DNA of 64,000 bases from Macrostomum lignano (Eukaryota), in assembly GCA_002269645.1 (NCBI GenBank), contig NIVC01002602.1, positions 1 to 64,000 of the forward strand, written 5' to 3'. Shown in pieces: positions 60,496 through 64,000 of the stretch; positions within the stretch are counted from its first letter, which is position 1; each line of letters opens with the position of its first letter. Under the pieces are notes generated by a model. The model had not been told where the DNA came from and did no database searches. It saw only the letters and a program-made list of their open reading frames with translations. Position numbers and translations under genes: made by a program.

Positions 60496-61579
60496 CCGTC
60501 AAAATATCATTAAACTAATATAGTTTTATAAAGTAGAATAAAAAAGTCAACGCTACAGGCAACACTGGGTAGGAGAGAGATTAATACAGAAGTACACAGC
60601 ACTACAACTGTTTCGCCTCGATGGCCAAAGTTAGCATAGAAGTAAATAGGAGGAACAGACAGCCATTTGCCAGGTGGACGACAGACACACGCGAGGGCGA
60701 GAGCAGCGGCTTGTGGTAGGGATTTTTTCAGTCCACCTCTAGCGCCCCAAAAAAACACCCTTAGTTGCGGCTTAGCCAATTATGCAGCATTTCTAAACTG
60801 TGTAGAGTGAATATTAGATTCCGGCGTAAAAACGGACGTACGTAGAAGGGGAGACACAGCCACATTGTCTCTTGGTTACTTCTCTCCCCCAAAAAATTCC
60901 AGGCACAAGTTGTGTAGGAAAACTCCCAGGACTCAGGATTAGAGATGAAATTAATTATAGATTAAGGAAAGCAGGTTAGCAGATGGGACGAAAGATTGTT
61001 TTAATTAAAATATAATAAAGCATAAAGATGAAAATAATTGAACTACGTTTTAGGCGAACAAATTATCAGTTGCAATATGAATTTTTTTAGAAATCGATAG
61101 AGCTATAGTATGCCGAGAATTCTCAGGCCAGGGGGAGAGAGCAGCCGGAGTGGTCTCCAGGGGAGCGTAGAGGGAGAGAGGGGTGGACAGACAGACGGCC
61201 ACAGCAAGGCAGAGCCTGTTTTTTTGTGTGCAGCGCGGACTGGCGAACTCGACAGTGTGACAGCGGCAGTTTGCGGCAATTTTATTTCTCCTAGAAGTAC
61301 AGAAATGGAAAGAGGGGGAGAGGGGAGAGAGCGGGTGCTGCCTACACGCCGCTACTGCAGCCTGCCGCCACCCGTGTTTTTTTCCAAGTTCCGCTCGCTC
61401 TCTCACTCTGGGATAGCAAGGCTTGAAGGGGGGAAGAGGGAGTTGAGAGCAAAAAAGTGCAAAGATTTTTGCGTGCAACTGGAGAGGGGAGAAAGCTAAG
61501 TGGTACAAAGTAGCGAGGGAAAGTTACTTTTTTTCTCAAAAATGAATTCATAAACCTAATTGGTGAATCATGGAGTGAA

Positions 61580-62080
<501 letters not shown>

Positions 62081-62589
62081 CAAGCTGGAACGGTGAAAAT
62101 AGCAAATTTAACAAGCACAATGCCTAATCTATCAAACAGACTAGCAGAAGTTGAGCCCCCTTTGCTTACAATTACTTGCAAGAAAATTGAATTTACTAAA
62201 CAGCCTAGCAGCAAGTAACTTTAAAAAACAAATATTTTAAAAGCATTTGAAAAAAGCTCAATTAGTTAATTAATTATGCAGATGAGACACAAAAAATAAA
62301 AATTAATCAACAATTATCTACTATGACAACACCTACTAGTATCATAACACAAGGTAAAAAATATGAAGTTAAAAAAGCCAGGATATTCCAGCAATGTTTA
62401 TTAGCAAGGACAGCAGAAGTAATTTGAGTTGAGATATTTAAGGAGTAAAAAAACAATCAGTAAGTACACAATTTACTCAAATAGAAAGAAATCTTGAAGG
62501 TATAAATTGTGCTTCAGTCTAATATATAAACTGCTATTTTTCTCTTATTACTTGTAACTTGGATTGTTTACCCTGTAGTTCTAATTTTA

Positions 62590-62808
62590 ATGATTATGAT
62601 CTAATCTTAGCGATTATGATCTAATCTTAACGATTATGATCTAATCTTAGCGATTATGATCTAATCTTAACGATAATGATCTAATCTTAACGATTTATGA
62701 TCTAATCTCAACGATTATGATCTAATCTAATTTGAACGGTCATTATCTAATCTTAACGGACATGATCTAACCATTACAATGTTAGCGACTACTATCTAAT
62801 CTTAGCTA
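62590..62808. repeat. 20-bp minisatellite (TTATGATCTAATCTTAACGA) directly after a stop codon
   Basis: Direct. Confidence 0.9.
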
Positions 62809-62810
62809 TT

Positions 62811-64000
62811 TTAACTGCCTTGCTGATCAGACGAGAGAGTCGGGCTGAACCTACGCGGCACAGTCGGCGCCCCAGCATCCGAGCCCAGCAGGCGACTGGC
62901 AGCCGTCTGCTCATCATCTTCGTCGCCACATTCGCTACTGCTAGCGTCGGGATCGCGAAAGCACTCGAGATCTTTGCCTGGACAGGACAGAGACAGGCTG
63001 GTTGAGTGCTGGCGCTGTGCAGCCGGCGGCGGAGCCGAGCCCGACGTCGGAGATTGCGTCGGTGTTGACGTCGGCTGCGTCGGCGTCGGCGGGCCGAAAC
63101 GTTCGGCCGACATCACAAAAGTACACGTGGCCGGGATGCTTAGCGGCCGGTGGCAGCGACTGCCGCAGGCTGATGCGGACGTTTCTGGTAGCTGGGCAGC
63201 CGCCGCCGCCGCAGCCATGGACTGCGCATTAGAAATTTGACTTAATAAATTTAAATAAACCAGACCTTGCCTAACAATGAATATTGATCCTGAAATTCCC
63301 GACCTCAAATCCTCAGATCATTATGATCCCAAAATCTTGATCTTGAATACCCAGATCCCAAATTCCCAGATCATGATCTCAAAATCTTGATTTTAAATAC
63401 CAAGATTCCAAATTTCCTAAACACCCAGACCCTGATCCCAAAATCTTGATCCCAAATCCCCAGATCCTGATCCCAAAATCTTGATCCCAAATCACCAGAT
63501 CCTGATCCCAAAATCTTGATCCCAAATCCCCAGGTCCTGATCCAAAAGTCTCGATCCCAAATCCCCAGACCCTGATCCCAAAATCTTGATCCCAAATCCC
63601 CAGACCCTGATCCCAAAATCTTGATCCCAAATCCCCAGATCCTGATCCCAAAATCTCGATCCCAAATCACCAGATCCTGATCCCAAATCTTGATCCCAAA
63701 TCCCCAGATCCTGATCCCAAAATCTCGACCCCAAATCCCCATATCCTGATCGCAAAATCTTAATCCCAAATCCCCAGATCCTGATCCCAAAATCTTAATC
63801 CCAAATCCTCCAGCTCAGCTGGCTAAACGCACATCCCAAATCCCAAGATCTCAAAGCATTTATTGAACAGTTAAACCAACCGTTTGGTGGTGATGCGCGG
63901 ACAGTCTTAAAGCTACCCGAGAATTATCGCTCGGACTGTCGCCAACGGCAGCCGCAGGCGCGGTCGTCGTAGTCGTCGCCGATCTCTCGCCGTCGTCTCT
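62811..64000 (-). CDS. Last two exons of an unidentified gene entering from the right (Ser/Thr/Ala/Pro-rich, probably disordered C-terminus)
   Basis: Open frame 64000-63881 ends ACG|gttggt; acceptor gcgcag|TCC at 63221; in frame to TAA at 62811. GC-rich codon style like the neighbouring exons; no recognisable domain. Confidence 0.65.
63320..63850. repeat. 35-bp minisatellite (GATCCCAAAATCTTGATCCCAAATCCCCAGATCCT) in the intron of the unidentified gene
   Basis: Direct. Confidence 0.95.

Overview
Metazoan eukaryotic genomic DNA with GT-AG introns, GC-rich exons and an extraordinary load of tandem repeats. The style resembles a free-living flatworm such as Macrostomum, which is an inference and not a determination. 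All host genes lie on the minus strand. From right to left they are: the 3' end of an unidentified gene (62811-64000+), p190 RhoGAP (8 exons, about 1593 aa), a DEG/ENaC channel disrupted by an 11-bp duplication, a Ras-like GTPase, an ankyrin-repeat plus caspase coding region, an atypical Rab-like GTPase, and afadin/canoe (15 exons, about 2041 aa, with an apparent 1-nt frameshift in the last exon). The top finding is that the Ras-like, ankyrin and caspase exons splice with consistent phases into one 11-exon, about 655-aa ORF. It has a possible N-myristoylation site (MGADTS), a Ras-like G domain, ankyrin repeats and a caspase with a QSCRN active site, i.e. a candidate membrane-anchored, GTPase-gated caspase. 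Other highlights: 28 of 31 modelled introns longer than 300 nt carry their own minisatellite, arrays flanking two exons are mutually complementary, splice acceptors sit just upstream of most start codons (possible SL trans-splicing or operon), and a transposon island contains a CMC/EnSpm-like element carrying a spliced BEN/DUF4806-like gene. Gene models were built by hand from splice signals and remembered family motifs; no database searches were run.
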